Part shown: piece after piece, positions 46,912-57,706 of the stretch | Layout of the letters: every line of letters starts with the position of its first letter | How positions within the stretch are numbered: the first letter of the stretch is position 1 | Origin: Candidatus Yanofskybacteria bacterium | GTDB lineage: Bacteria > Patescibacteriota > Minisyncoccia > 2-02-FULL-40-12 > IGHO2-12-FULL-4 | Assembly: GCA_016185525.1 (NCBI GenBank) | Contig: JACPNK010000002.1 | Coordinates: 11,616 to 75,615, forward strand | Length of the DNA: 64,000 bases | Direction: 5' to 3' | Translations under genes and position numbers: made by a program | Notes under the pieces: generated by a model | What the model saw: only the letters and a program-made list of their open reading frames with translations | What the model was told of the DNA's origin: nothing | Databases searched by the model: none

Positions 46912-48003
46912 ATGACAAAGATTTTGCTTGTCGGCGGAGGTTCTGGCGGTCATGTATATCCTTTGATTGCTGTTGCCGAAGCTCTGCAAAAAAAAATTAA
47001 AGATAGTGATACGGAGATAATATTGCTTGGTGAAGGCAAGTTTTTTGACGAAGCAGTCAAAGACAGCGATTTTAAATATAAAAAAATAATTGCCGGCAAA
47101 CTGCGGAGATATTTAAGTTTAGAAAGTTTTTTGGATCTGTTCAAAATGATAGCCGGTTTTTTCCAATCCTTTTGGTATATTTTCTGGCTTATGCCCGATG
47201 TGGTTTTTGCCAAAGGCGGCTATGCTTCTTTTTTTCCAGCCTTGTGGGCCAAGTTTTTTTTAATCCCTATCTATGTTCACGATTCTGACTCGGTTCCGGG
47301 AATGACTAACCGCCTTATCGGCAAGCTAGCCAAAAAAGTTTTTGTTTCTTTTGAGTCGGCTAAAAATTACTTTTCTCCGGGGAAGGTTGAGTTAGTCGGC
47401 AACCCTATTCGTTCAGGACTTCTGAACGGCAATAAAGAAGAGGCGTTTACTTTTTTTAATCTTTCATCTTTGTTGCCGACCGTTGTAATTTTGGGCGGCA
47501 GTCAGGGCGCTAAAAAAATAAATGAGGCTGTTTTGGCGGCAATTTTCCAACTTACCCGGGATTTTCAAGTTGTCCATCAGTGCGGGGATATTAATTTTAA
47601 AGAAGTTAGCGGTTTGGTTGGAGAGATTAATTCAGAGCAGGTAAAAAACAGATACAGGCTTTATCCATTTTTTAAGGACAAAGAACTTGCTTTGGCCTAT
47701 GCTCTGGGTGATGTCTTTGTCTCTCGCGCCAGCGCCGGCGGTATTTTTGAAATTTCGGCTTTGGGTAAGCCGGCGATTTTTGTGCCGATCAAAAACTCTG
47801 CCCAAAATCACCAGCATTTGAATGCTCTTGAGATTGTTAAACACGGCGGAATTCTGATAGAGGAAGAAAACTTAATTCCCAGCGTCTTTATAAACGAAAT
47901 TAAAGAGGCTTACCAGAAAAGAGAAGAACTGGGGGTAAAAATAAAATCTTTTGCCAGACTTGATGCGGCAGAAAAAATCGCGGAGGGAATACTGTTATTT
48001 TAA
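46912..48003 (+). CDS. murG: undecaprenyldiphospho-muramoylpentapeptide beta-N-acetylglucosaminyltransferase
   Basis: GGSGGHVYPLIAVAEAL and a GT-B C-domain. Confidence 0.85.
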   Translation: MTKILLVGGGSGGHVYPLIAVAEALQKKIKDSDTEIILLGEGKFFDEAVKDSDFKYKKIIAGKLRRYLSLESFLDLFKMIAGFFQSFWYIFWLMPDVVFAKGGYASFFPALWAKFFLIPIYVHDSDSVPGMTNRLIGKLAKKVFVSFESAKNYFSPGKVELVGNPIRSGLLNGNKEEAFTFFNLSSLLPTVVILGGSQGAKKINEAVLAAIFQLTRDFQVVHQCGDINFKEVSGLVGEINSEQVKNRYRLYPFFKDKELALAYALGDVFVSRASAGGIFEISALGKPAIFVPIKNSAQNHQHLNALEIVKHGGILIEEENLIPSVFINEIKEAYQKREELGVKIKSFARLDAAEKIAEGILLF

Positions 48004-48032
48004 CAGGAGAACCGAGATGTAGTTGAAGCTTT

Positions 48033-49649
48033 TTAACTATAAAATAGTAAAGTTATTTCTTCTCTAACCCCAATATTTCTAAGAAAATTTCTATCATGAG
48101 AAATAACTATCAGAGCTCCTTGAAAGTTTAATAAAGCGCTCTCTATTTGTTCAATACTATCTAGATCTAAATTATTTGTCGGTTCATCCAAGATAAGTAA
48201 TTGCGGGGGTTTATCTCCAGCCAAAATACAGGCAAGTGCGGCGCGCATTCTTTCACCGCCACTTAACACTTCTACTTTTTTAAAAACGTCCTCATTTCTA
48301 AATAAAAACCTTGCTAACCATTTTCTCGCAATATTATCATCAAGATTTGAAATATGTTTTAAGTTATCAATTAAGGTTTTATCTTTTTGCAAGACAGCAA
48401 CGTCCTGGTCAAGATAGGCAAATTTATCTACTCCCAAGGAAACCTCGCCGTTTAATGGCTCAAGTTCTTTTAGAAAAAGTTTAATAAGTGTTGTTTTGCC
48501 AGAACCATTTGGTCCATTAAGAGCAAGGCGAATTGGGCCGTGAAGTGAAATTGTAAAATTCTGAAATAATGGCTTGTTGTCTTCATAAGAAAAATTTAAA
48601 TCCTTAGTTTCTACTATCAGTTTTCCAGTCGGAACTTTGGTGCCGGAAAGATCAACATTAATTTGGTTTTCCGGCGAAATTTTTGCTTTTGCTTCGTCTA
48701 AATTACTTACTGCGCCTTCAATTCTTTTTTCATGCAACTTCTGAAGTCTTGATGAAGTGGTCTCGCTCGTTTCTTTCATTTTGCCCAGGATAATTTTGGG
48801 CATACCAATTTTATCTCTCAACTTTTTACCCTGGCTTGATCTTTTTTGTTGCTTTTCCTTTGTTCTTTGTGCTTGTTTTTTTATTTTCTTTAGCTCTTGT
48901 TCTGCGCCCACCAACTGTCTTTTGACAGCTTGTTCTTCAAGTCCTTTTTGCTCTTTATAGTTATCATAATTGCCGCCATAGATTTTTAGTTTTCCATTGG
49001 AAAGTTCTAGAATTTGGTCTAATAAATTTAGCAAATTTCTATCGTGGCTAACTACCAATAAACCATGTTGCCAATTTTTTATAAGTTCGTAAATAATTTC
49101 ACGCGATTCTCGGTCTAGATTATTTGTCGGCTCGTCAAGAATTATAAACTCCGGCTTGGAAATCAATAACTTGGCAATGACGACTTTTGTTCTTTCGCCG
49201 CCGCTAAGACTACTCAATACGCGGTTTAGATTTAGCCCCTCAATTTTCAATCGCTTAAATATTTCTGATATTCTACTTTGGATATCCCAATCTTTTCCAA
49301 CTACTTCAAGTAGCTCTGAACTTTTGTTCCCGCTTTCAACCTTGTTCAGTGCTTCCAATTTTTCTTTCACGCCAAGTGTCTCGGATACGGTTTGTTGAAG
49401 ATTTAACTGGTAATCCTGCGGCAAATAAACTATATGTCCCGCTCTTTGAATTTTTCCACTTGTAGGTTCTAATTCCCCAAAAAGCAAACGCAGGAGGGTT
49501 GTTTTCCCGCTTCCATTTTTGCCAACTAATCCGGTTTTTTCACCATTGAAACTAACTGATAAATTTCTAAAAATCGAAACTCCGCTCCTTACTTCAAAGG
49601 AAATATCATTGGTAACAATTATTGAATCGTGATGTTTTTGCCGATTCAT
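48033..49649 (-). CDS. ABC-F family ATPase (tandem ABC cassettes, no TM domain)
   Basis: Two Walker A sites (GKNGSGKTT, GPNGSGKTT), two LSGGE signatures and an inter-domain linker with a basic coiled coil. Confidence 0.8.
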   Translation of the reverse strand: MNRQKHHDSIIVTNDISFEVRSGVSIFRNLSVSFNGEKTGLVGKNGSGKTTLLRLLFGELEPTSGKIQRAGHIVYLPQDYQLNLQQTVSETLGVKEKLEALNKVESGNKSSELLEVVGKDWDIQSRISEIFKRLKIEGLNLNRVLSSLSGGERTKVVIAKLLISKPEFIILDEPTNNLDRESREIIYELIKNWQHGLLVVSHDRNLLNLLDQILELSNGKLKIYGGNYDNYKEQKGLEEQAVKRQLVGAEQELKKIKKQAQRTKEKQQKRSSQGKKLRDKIGMPKIILGKMKETSETTSSRLQKLHEKRIEGAVSNLDEAKAKISPENQINVDLSGTKVPTGKLIVETKDLNFSYEDNKPLFQNFTISLHGPIRLALNGPNGSGKTTLIKLFLKELEPLNGEVSLGVDKFAYLDQDVAVLQKDKTLIDNLKHISNLDDNIARKWLARFLFRNEDVFKKVEVLSGGERMRAALACILAGDKPPQLLILDEPTNNLDLDSIEQIESALLNFQGALIVISHDRNFLRNIGVREEITLLFYS

Positions 49650-49703
49650 GAAGTGAATTTATAAGCGAATTCTAACAAAGATTTTACAATTTAAAAACCC
49701 AGC

Positions 49704-51542
49704 CTAGTAGCTGGGTTCATCGCTTGCTTCTTCTTTAAGCTTCTTAATCTCGGAAAGATATTCAGTTTCTGTTTTCAAAAATTGGTTGAACAGGCCATTG
49801 CTTTGTACAAGCTCTTGATGCGAGCCTGATTCAACTATTTTCCCGTTATCCAGAACGATTATCTGGTCTGCTTGCCTTATCGTGCTTAAACGGTGGGCAA
49901 TAATGAAAATGGTTGCCAATCTTTTTTGCATCAAGTTATCAATTGTTTTTTGAACTTCTGCTTGGGATTCGGCGTCAAGCGAACTGGTTGCCTCGTCTAA
50001 AATCAAAATCTTTGGATTCCTAACGAGCGCTCGTGCGATTGCCAATCTTTGCCGTTGTCCGCCAGAAAGTTGAACTCCGTCCTCACCGATTAAGGTTTCC
50101 AGGCCTTTTGTCGTTTTTTCAACAAACTCCCAAGCATCTGCTTTTTTAAGAGCATCTACAACTTCGTCTGTGGTTGCTGAAGGCTTGGCTTTGCGGACAT
50201 TTTCTGCAATCGTGCCGTCAAAAAGATCAATTTTTTGGGAAACAATTGCTATCTCTTTGCGGTAACGATTATAATCCAACTCTTTCAAATCAATACCGTC
50301 AATTAAAATTTTTCCTTCGGTGGGGTCGTATTCTCTGATAAGCAAGGAGGCAAGAGTTGTTTTGCCGCTACCGGTTCGTCCGACAAAAGCCACACAGTGA
50401 AACGGCCGGACAGAGCAGTTGATTTTTTTAAGTATCGGGGTTTCAACACCGGGATATTTCATATTTACATTTCTCAATTCTACTTTTCCACGCATTCCTG
50501 ATTCCGGCCACTTGGGTTCTTTCGGCTGTATCACTGAAGGAATAATATCCAGCATGGCGCAGATTTCTCTGCCGGCTTCTTTGCCTTCATTCAGATGGCG
50601 TTCTAAGTTGTAGAAGCGGTAAAGATTGGAAAATATTCTTTCCATCCAGGCGGTTGCAAGAATGATTGAACCCCATTGGGCCGGGTCTGAAAATTTGAAT
50701 ATAGCGCCATACATTATCGCTCTGAATAAAGAAATGATGTCTTCTTTGCGATTGTAGTTTTTTCTAAAAATTTCAAACCTCGGCCTTTCTTTTTCGCAAA
50801 AATCCATCAAGAGTTTATCGTTTTCTCGGTAAGATTCTTCTTCAATTCCGAGCTGTTTTAGAATTCGCCAGTTTTTAACCAGCTCTGCGCCGTGCCTTTC
50901 TATTTTTTTCATTTGCTCGCGGAATTGTTTGCGCAAGGGCTCCATAATTTTTTCAGTTTTAATCAGAGAAATTGTAAAAGCAGCGATTGTTACCAGAGCA
51001 ATTGCGCCAAAATGCAGTCCTAACCACCAGATTCCCATGGCGGTAAAAATTATCCTCAAAGTGATTGGCGCGGTATTAAAGAGAAATTCGTCAGCTAAAT
51101 TTTCAACTTTTGTTACATTTTTAGCGACAATAGACTCTTTCTCTCCGGTGGAATGCTGAATATGCCAATCAGTCCCCAGTTTTTGCTGGCGGTATTGGCA
51201 GTAGTTCCATAAAGTCGCCCAGGTCAGCCAAAAGAAATGATTTCTGGGTTTATCCATTTTGTAGTGGATACGTGTGCCAAAGAGATAAACAACAAAGATA
51301 AGAATGCAGATACTTGCCATTGTTGTTATGGGCCACTTTTGGTTAAAGCCGTCAAAGAACCACTTGACCGGATAAGGCTCTAATACCATTACAAGTTCAG
51401 CAACAAGGGTCCATAAAACGAATTTTTTACCGAGGGTTTTTAATTCGGAAATTTTGCTTTCCAATACCGGGTCTCGAATAGTCTTTTTTAGGACCCGGAA
51501 CATTTGTTTATATGTCATTCCTTGGCCTATTTTTTCTTCCAC
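49704..51542 (-). CDS. ABC transporter permease/ATP-binding fusion protein (type I exporter)
   Basis: 6-TM N-domain, GRTGSGKTT, LSGGQRQR and ILDEATS. Confidence 0.8.
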   Translation of the reverse strand: MEEKIGQGMTYKQMFRVLKKTIRDPVLESKISELKTLGKKFVLWTLVAELVMVLEPYPVKWFFDGFNQKWPITTMASICILIFVVYLFGTRIHYKMDKPRNHFFWLTWATLWNYCQYRQQKLGTDWHIQHSTGEKESIVAKNVTKVENLADEFLFNTAPITLRIIFTAMGIWWLGLHFGAIALVTIAAFTISLIKTEKIMEPLRKQFREQMKKIERHGAELVKNWRILKQLGIEEESYRENDKLLMDFCEKERPRFEIFRKNYNRKEDIISLFRAIMYGAIFKFSDPAQWGSIILATAWMERIFSNLYRFYNLERHLNEGKEAGREICAMLDIIPSVIQPKEPKWPESGMRGKVELRNVNMKYPGVETPILKKINCSVRPFHCVAFVGRTGSGKTTLASLLIREYDPTEGKILIDGIDLKELDYNRYRKEIAIVSQKIDLFDGTIAENVRKAKPSATTDEVVDALKKADAWEFVEKTTKGLETLIGEDGVQLSGGQRQRLAIARALVRNPKILILDEATSSLDAESQAEVQKTIDNLMQKRLATIFIIAHRLSTIRQADQIIVLDNGKIVESGSHQELVQSNGLFNQFLKTETEYLSEIKKLKEEASDEPSY

Positions 51543-51856
51543 AGTTATCCCCGCTAGTGTAAAAGTGCGATATAATACTATATAGTATACTTATATTTAT
51601 GTCAAGTTTTTAGGATATTTCAATCTGTTGAAGTTAAACTTCAACAGATTACGGGGTGTGGATAAGTTTTGTTAGCAATTTGAGAGTTATTGTGGATATA
51701 ATTAAAACTAGGGTCGTAACTTCTTAAAAAGTTTATCAAGTAAAAATTAGTTCTAAGTTTGTAAAGTTCGTCAAGTTATAAAGTTTAAAGAATAAGAAGA
51801 TTATTCAATCAACTTTATGAACTTTATGAACCTGATGAACTTCTTAACTTAATATT

Positions 51857-52009
51857 ATGTGGACCTGGATTTTAGTTGTAGTAGTCGTTGTTGCCGTTTT
51901 GGTATGGTGGATGAAAAAGAAAGGAAAGAAATCGGACGGCGGGATGTCGGGAATGTCCGGTGGCAATATGCCTATGGGCGGAGGCCAAATGGGCGGCGGC
52001 AATATGTAG
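51857..52009 (+). CDS. putative 50-aa single-TM peptide with Gly/Met-rich tail
   Basis: ATG...TAG ORF MWTWILVVVVVAVLVWWMKKKGKKSDGGMSGMSGGNMPMGGGQMGGGNM. It is below the track's length cutoff and sits downstream of an AT-rich region with repeats. Confidence 0.3.
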   Translation: MWTWILVVVVVVAVLVWWMKKKGKKSDGGMSGMSGGNMPMGGGQMGGGNM

Positions 52010-52078
52010 TTTTGCGAAGTTTTTACTTTACTCAAAACTCCGTTTGAAAACGGGGTTTTGTTTTGCTATCATTGAGTT

Positions 52079-52933
52079 ATGTCTTGGCAAACCTTGGGTT
52101 TTCAGAAAAACAAGGAATTTTTTGAAAAAATTGTCCGAAATGGTGAGCTTGGCCACGCTTATTTATTTACAGGTCAAGAGATGATAGGCAAGAAAAGATT
52201 TGCTCTGGATCTGGCGGGTCTGGTCAATAGTTCTGGAATTGACTTTGAGAATGACCCAAATCTTTTGATTCTGGGTGGTGAAAATGGAATCTCCATTGAC
52301 CAAGTTAGAGATCTTAAAAAGTTTTTAAGTTTTAAGCCTTATAGCGGTAGTTACAAAATTGCTGTCATAAACGATTGCCATCTTATGTCCCAAGAGGCGG
52401 CTAATGCCCTTTTGAAGGTTTTGGAAGAGCCGGCTTCTCATTCTTTAATTATTCTAGTTACTTCAAATCCAAATTCTTTACTGCCGACAATTTATTCCCG
52501 TTGCGAAGAGATAAAGTTTGAGCCCCATATCCGCAGTCAACTACTTGGTCATTTAAAAGACATGGGACTAAGCCAGACTCAAGCTGAATTTTTGGCCGAT
52601 TTTTCCAATGGCCGTCCGGGACTAGCTTTCAGGTTAAAAGAAAAAAACAGCTTTAAAGAAATAAAAACAAAACTGGAGCAGTTTAATAAACTTTTAAAAT
52701 CAGATATAAATGAACGCTTTAATTTTGCGGAGAAAGCCTTACAGGAAAAAGAAGACCAAAACTTAAGCACGCTACTTTTGTACTGGATGTTTTATTTAAG
52801 GTCAGATTTGTCTAAGAGCTTGAAAATAAACCGAGGTAAAGTTTTAAAAAGCCTGCTGGAAGTGAATTATATTTTGTCCAAACCGCAATATAACCATAGG
52901 TTGGCTTTTGAAAATTTTTTATTGAGCTTGTAG
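52079..52933 (+). CDS. holB: DNA polymerase III delta' subunit-like AAA+ clamp-loader protein
   Basis: GHAYLFTGQEMIGKK P-loop-like block and SRC-type motifs (TSNPNSLLPTIYSRC). Confidence 0.65.
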   Translation: MSWQTLGFQKNKEFFEKIVRNGELGHAYLFTGQEMIGKKRFALDLAGLVNSSGIDFENDPNLLILGGENGISIDQVRDLKKFLSFKPYSGSYKIAVINDCHLMSQEAANALLKVLEEPASHSLIILVTSNPNSLLPTIYSRCEEIKFEPHIRSQLLGHLKDMGLSQTQAEFLADFSNGRPGLAFRLKEKNSFKEIKTKLEQFNKLLKSDINERFNFAEKALQEKEDQNLSTLLLYWMFYLRSDLSKSLKINRGKVLKSLLEVNYILSKPQYNHRLAFENFLLSL

Positions 52934-53164
52934 TTGGCATATTGATTCTTCAGTATGCTCACTCCGCCAGCGTCTCCGTTCGCTCGCGACGTCGGCAAAT
53001 TTGAAATGAAGTTAGGAAAAATTATACTTCATTTCAACCATGCAATTTGCCTCCTCAGCGACTTCAGAACCAATATGCCAACTACAAGCTAAGTCTGGTG
53101 ACAGCGAGTTTTCGCTAGAAGAAAACGAGTATCCGTAAAAAACAACAATTACAAAGCAAAAACC

Positions 53165-53710
53165 ATGGACTTAAATCAGCACAAAAAAGAGTTTGAAAAA
53201 ATTTTGGAACACTTTAGGGTGGAGGCGGCTTCGATTCGCACCGGACGAGCGGCCTCTTCTTTGGTTGACGAAATTATCGTGGAAAATTATGGCGCCAGAT
53301 ATAAGTTGAAAGAATTGGCGACTATTACTATTCCGGAACCAAAGACGATTTTAATACAACCGTGGGACAAAAGCGCCATCAGCGCCATTGAGAAGGCTAT
53401 CAAATCAAGCAATCTCGGTCTTAATCCAGTTTCCGACGCTCAAGGTATAAGGCTAATTCTGCCGTCTCTGACAGAAGAAAGAAGAAAAGAGTTTATTAAG
53501 CTATTGGGGCAAAAAACTGAAGAAGCCAGACAGAAAATACGGCATGTTAGGGGCAAAATTTGGGAAGATGTCCAAGAAAAAGAAAAAGCCCGTCAGATAG
53601 GTGAAAACGAAAAATTTAGAACAAAAGAAGACCTGCAAAAACTAGTTGACGAGTACAATCAAAAAATTGAAAAAGTTGAAAAAAAGAAGGAAGAGGAGTT
53701 GATGAGTTAG
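53165..53710 (+). CDS. frr: ribosome recycling factor
   Basis: Full-length RRF pattern (LE..R...G.A....VD.I.V..YG...L). Confidence 0.85.
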   Translation: MDLNQHKKEFEKILEHFRVEAASIRTGRAASSLVDEIIVENYGARYKLKELATITIPEPKTILIQPWDKSAISAIEKAIKSSNLGLNPVSDAQGIRLILPSLTEERRKEFIKLLGQKTEEARQKIRHVRGKIWEDVQEKEKARQIGENEKFRTKEDLQKLVDEYNQKIEKVEKKKEEELMS

Positions 53711-53718
53711 ATTGTTGA

Positions 53719-53884
53719 GGGGTAGCACTTCTGAGGACGCTCAAAGTTGCGAGCAGCACGGTTTGTCAACGACCAGGCACTTTCTTAAAATCTTAGAAAG
53801 CGCCTGGCTCTTGACAAGGCGAGCAACTTTGCGCGATGAGAAAAACTCGCTGGGTTTTTCGAAGGTCCGAAGAGGTGCTACCCC
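53719..53884 (+). repeat. structured repeat family A, copy 3
   Basis: Outer dyad ggggtagcac / gtgctacccc. Same conserved core as the other copies. Confidence 0.6.
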
Positions 53885-53900
53885 GATACAACCAGAAGAA

Positions 53901-54983
53901 ATGTTTACGGTAATTATTTTCATAATTGTTCTCGGTATTTTGGTGCTGGTCCACGAGTTGGGCCATTTTGTGATGGCTAAAAGAGCGGGGATGAAGGTGG
54001 AGGAATTTGGCTTTGGCTTTCCGCCCAGAATTTTTGGTTTCAAAAAAGGGGAGACTGTTTATTCCCTGAATCTAATTCCTTTTGGTGGCTTTGTGAAAAT
54101 TTTTGGCGAAGATGGATCAGAAGAAGCATTGAGAAGTTCAAGAAGTTTTTCTTCCAAAAAGGCGGGCGTTAAGGCCGGAGTAATTGTTGCCGGTGTTACC
54201 ATGAATTTAATTCTGGCTTTTGTTTTGTTGTCCTTTGGTAATTTCTTGGGTTTAAGAGTTGGTTTGGCGGAAGGGAATACCAAGGCGTCAGATTTGAAAA
54301 TTCAAATCGTCCAAGTTGTTGCCAATAGTCCGGCTAAAGAAGCGGGATTGGAAATGCTGGATGAAATTGTTGGCTTGAGATTTGGCCAGAATATTTTAGA
54401 AATAAAAAATATTGACGAGGTTCAGAACTTTATAAACCAGAATAAGGGCAATAAAGTTTTCATTAAAATTAAGAGAGGCGGCGAGGTTTTAGAAAAAGAA
54501 GTTACTCCGCGCCTTGAGCCGCCACCCGAAGAAGGTGCTTTGGGAATCTCTATGGCTTTGACGGGAGTTATTAAATATCCTTGGTACGAGGCTGTCTACA
54601 GGGGCGGACAGCAGACTGGAATTTTGCTTATTAACACTGTTTACGGCTATGCCGGCATAATTAAAAATGTTTTTATAACCGGTTCACCGGGGGCTGAATT
54701 GTCCGGGCCCATAGGCATTGCTAAATTTACCGGCCAAGCGGCAAGAATCGGTTTTGCCTATCTGATCCAACTTACGGCAATCTTGTCAATCAACCTAGCG
54801 ATCTTAAATATTATCCCATTCCCGGCTTTAGATGGCGGAAGGTTGCTTTTTATAATCATAGAAAAACTAAAAGGCTCGCCTATTTCCAGAAAAGTGGAAA
54901 CCTTGGTCAATTCTGTCGGCTTTGCCCTTTTGATATTACTCATGATTTATGTTACAACAAAGGATGTAATAAGGTTTTTCTAA
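53901..54983 (+). CDS. rseP: RIP metalloprotease RseP (site-2 protease, M50)
   Basis: LVHELGHF HExxH in TM1, a PDZ domain and a C-terminal TM. The start is set at MFTVIIF because the track's N-terminal 63 codons are repeat-derived. Confidence 0.8.
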   Translation: MFTVIIFIIVLGILVLVHELGHFVMAKRAGMKVEEFGFGFPPRIFGFKKGETVYSLNLIPFGGFVKIFGEDGSEEALRSSRSFSSKKAGVKAGVIVAGVTMNLILAFVLLSFGNFLGLRVGLAEGNTKASDLKIQIVQVVANSPAKEAGLEMLDEIVGLRFGQNILEIKNIDEVQNFINQNKGNKVFIKIKRGGEVLEKEVTPRLEPPPEEGALGISMALTGVIKYPWYEAVYRGGQQTGILLINTVYGYAGIIKNVFITGSPGAELSGPIGIAKFTGQAARIGFAYLIQLTAILSINLAILNIIPFPALDGGRLLFIIIEKLKGSPISRKVETLVNSVGFALLILLMIYVTTKDVIRFF

Positions 54984-55000
54984 GTACTCGTTAAGTTCAA

Positions 55001-55162
55001 AAGCTTCGCAGATACAGCCTTTTCGGTACTTTCGCTGACTCCAGCGATCAGCTCACTCGCTGTTCGCCTGGGTTTTGTCTGGAGTTACAGAATAATTATA
55101 CTCCAGCCAACCAAGCAAACCGCAGGCTCACAGCGACCTCAAAGGCTGTATCTGCTGCGCTT
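55001..55162 (+). repeat. structured repeat family B, copy 2
   Basis: About 90% identical to the reverse complement of 31454-31613 and about 75% identical to 25271-25432. Confidence 0.6.
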
Positions 55163-55171
55163 TTTATATAA

Positions 55172-56413
55172 ATGCGTTTATCACAATTATTCACCCGCAC
55201 CGAAAAAGAGGCGCCAAAAGATGAGGCAAGCGTAAATGCTCAACTTTTGGAAAGAGCCGGTTTTGTTTACAAAAATAATTCTGGAATTTACACCTATCTG
55301 CCTTTGGGTTGGCGGGTGATAAATAAAATCACGGCGATTATAAGAGAAGAAATGAACGCGATCGGCGGACAGGAGATGTTTATGCCGGCTTTAGTAGACA
55401 AAAGGTATATGGACTCCACTGGCCGCTGGGATGTGGAGGTGGCTTTTGAAGCCAAGGGCAAAAAAGAAAACGAAGCAAGGTTTACTCTCGGCTGGACTCA
55501 CGAGGAGGTTATCACAGAAATTGCCTCTAAGTATATCAGCTCATACAAAGACTTGCCGTTCTCTTCTTATCAGATACAAACTAAATTCCGCAACGAGCCC
55601 CGAGCGAAATCCGGCCTTTTACGGGGCAGAGAATTTTTAATGAAAGACTTGTATAGTTTTCATGCCTCGGAAGAAGATTTTTTGAGATATTACGAAAAAG
55701 TCCGCGGCGCTTATCACAAAATTTTTGAAAGATGCGGCTTGAAATCTTTCTACACTTTAGCGGCAGGCGGAGACTTTACGGCAAGCAATACTCATGAGTT
55801 TCAGGTTTTGGCGCCGGTGGGTGAGGATACTATTTTTATCTGCTCTAAATGCGAGTATGCCGAAAATAAAGAGATTTCTTCTCTAGCTAACGGTGGTTTG
55901 TGCTTAAAATGCGGCGGCAAAGTCAGGGAAGAAAAGTCCGTTGAAGTCGGCAACATTTTTCCTTTAGGCACTAAATACACCGAAGCTTTAAATTTACAAT
56001 TTACGGATGAACGGGGGAATAAAGAATTTGTGGTCATGGGTTCATATGGCATTGGTCTGGGCAGACTGATGGGAACTGTTGCCGAAATTTATCATGACAA
56101 AAACGGATTAATCTGGCCGGAGTCAATTGCGCCTTATAAATTTATTTTAATAACTCTAGACCACACCAAAGAAGAAGGGGATAAGTTATATCAAAAACTT
56201 TTGGAACAAGGGGCTGAAGTTTTATACGACGACAGAGAAGACAAAACCGCTGGCGAGAAATTTGCCGATGCCGATTTGCTGGGCATACCGATCAGGCTTG
56301 TAATTAGCCCCAAAACGTTAAAAGAAAAAAGCGTAGAGATGAAGATGAGAGGAAAAAAGGTGACAGAATTAACCAAACTCAAAGAAGTTGAAGAAAAACT
56401 GGACTTAAGCTAG
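55172..56413 (+). CDS. proS: proline--tRNA ligase (short archaeal-type)
   Basis: Class II motifs, a Zn-binding C-terminal CSKCEYAEN...CLKCGG cluster and an anticodon-binding domain. Confidence 0.8.
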   Translation: MRLSQLFTRTEKEAPKDEASVNAQLLERAGFVYKNNSGIYTYLPLGWRVINKITAIIREEMNAIGGQEMFMPALVDKRYMDSTGRWDVEVAFEAKGKKENEARFTLGWTHEEVITEIASKYISSYKDLPFSSYQIQTKFRNEPRAKSGLLRGREFLMKDLYSFHASEEDFLRYYEKVRGAYHKIFERCGLKSFYTLAAGGDFTASNTHEFQVLAPVGEDTIFICSKCEYAENKEISSLANGGLCLKCGGKVREEKSVEVGNIFPLGTKYTEALNLQFTDERGNKEFVVMGSYGIGLGRLMGTVAEIYHDKNGLIWPESIAPYKFILITLDHTKEEGDKLYQKLLEQGAEVLYDDREDKTAGEKFADADLLGIPIRLVISPKTLKEKSVEMKMRGKKVTELTKLKEVEEKLDLS

Positions 56414-57642
56414 TTACCAATTGGGCTATTGACACCATGGCATCAAGTTTGCTATACTGATAAAGCTCACCCAAAGAAGGGTGAGGGGCCAAAGGAGGGG
56501 CCCTGAAAACAAAAAACCCTCTCAACATAACCAACCACTCTTGTTGAAAAACAACGGAGGTGAGATTATGACTTGAAACCAAGCGCTTAGGCGCACGGTC
56601 TAAAAACCGCGGAACTTATAGTACCCAGGCGGGGAGCTGGTAAAATAAGGCTAAAAACCAGCTCCCACCCATTAAATAGTCCCGCTCTTTTGTTCTTTAT
56701 ATATTTTATTTAAAGAGCGGGGCTGCTTAATGGGTAATCCAAGGTTTACCCTTGGAAACATATCCTTGGAAACGCTTGACAGGGGTAGGGCGGTTGTGAT
56801 ATACTTAGAGTATAAGGTTGAAAACTAGTAAAAAGCCTTGCAAAATACTACTTTCTTTATGTAGAAATATGTAAAGGAAGTCGGATTTTGCGAGACTGAA
56901 GAATGTGGGAGAGCCACAAGGCAAGGGCCAACCAGCCTAATAAATCTCCCAAAAAAACTTAAGTCTCGCTCGATTTTCTGTCTCCAGCACAGTACTAGGG
57001 AGACAGAAACTGTGATGCGGCACAGTACCAAGACGGAGAGTAGCCGCTTCTACTCTCCACAGTTATAGCGAGGACCTGCTGAAGCTCGAAGTAGAACTTC
57101 CCTTGTGGGTGGTTCCGGGCGGGTTGAAGTTTCAAAACCCCAGCAGGTTCCTCGTTACTTTTAAAAAATAACGGCTCTGAAAAATAGCTTAAAAGATCTC
57201 ACTTATTAAAATTTTCTAGACAATCTGTCTAAGACTGAATTACTGATTTTTGAGGCTATTTTGCGGAGCTGGCGTCCCGCTCCCGATGTTGCGCGCCTTC
57301 TTGGCAAGCAGTACCAGACGCAGTACCAGACCAGAAGGACATGAATAGAAGTACAACATCGGGGGTAACGAAGAAGCACCAAACCCCAGGGATGCCCGCT
57401 CCGCTCGCTCTTTATATTTATTTTTTATTGCTACTAGCTATAGCTATTTTCTATTGCTAGTCCCTACACCGAATGGTGTAGGGCTTCGCAAGATATTTCT
57501 ATCGGAAATCAGAAATGGTGGAAGATGGAAGTATCTTGCGGAGGAGCAACAACCATCAGCAAGGGGTGCGGGGGAGCCATTAAGGAGGCGACCCCTCATA
57601 CCCTTGCCTCTTCCGCAGTTTAGTAAAGCTGTTTGTTTCACC

Positions 57643-57706
57643 GAGTGGGCTGGCTTGTAAGTTGTATTGCAAGCAAAGATGCTGTGCCAGCCCACTCACC
57701 TTTTTT
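57643..57706 (+). terminator. strong intrinsic terminator (12-bp GC-rich stem gagtgggctggc/gccagcccactc plus TTTTTT)
   Basis: Read directly from the sequence. Confidence 0.65.
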
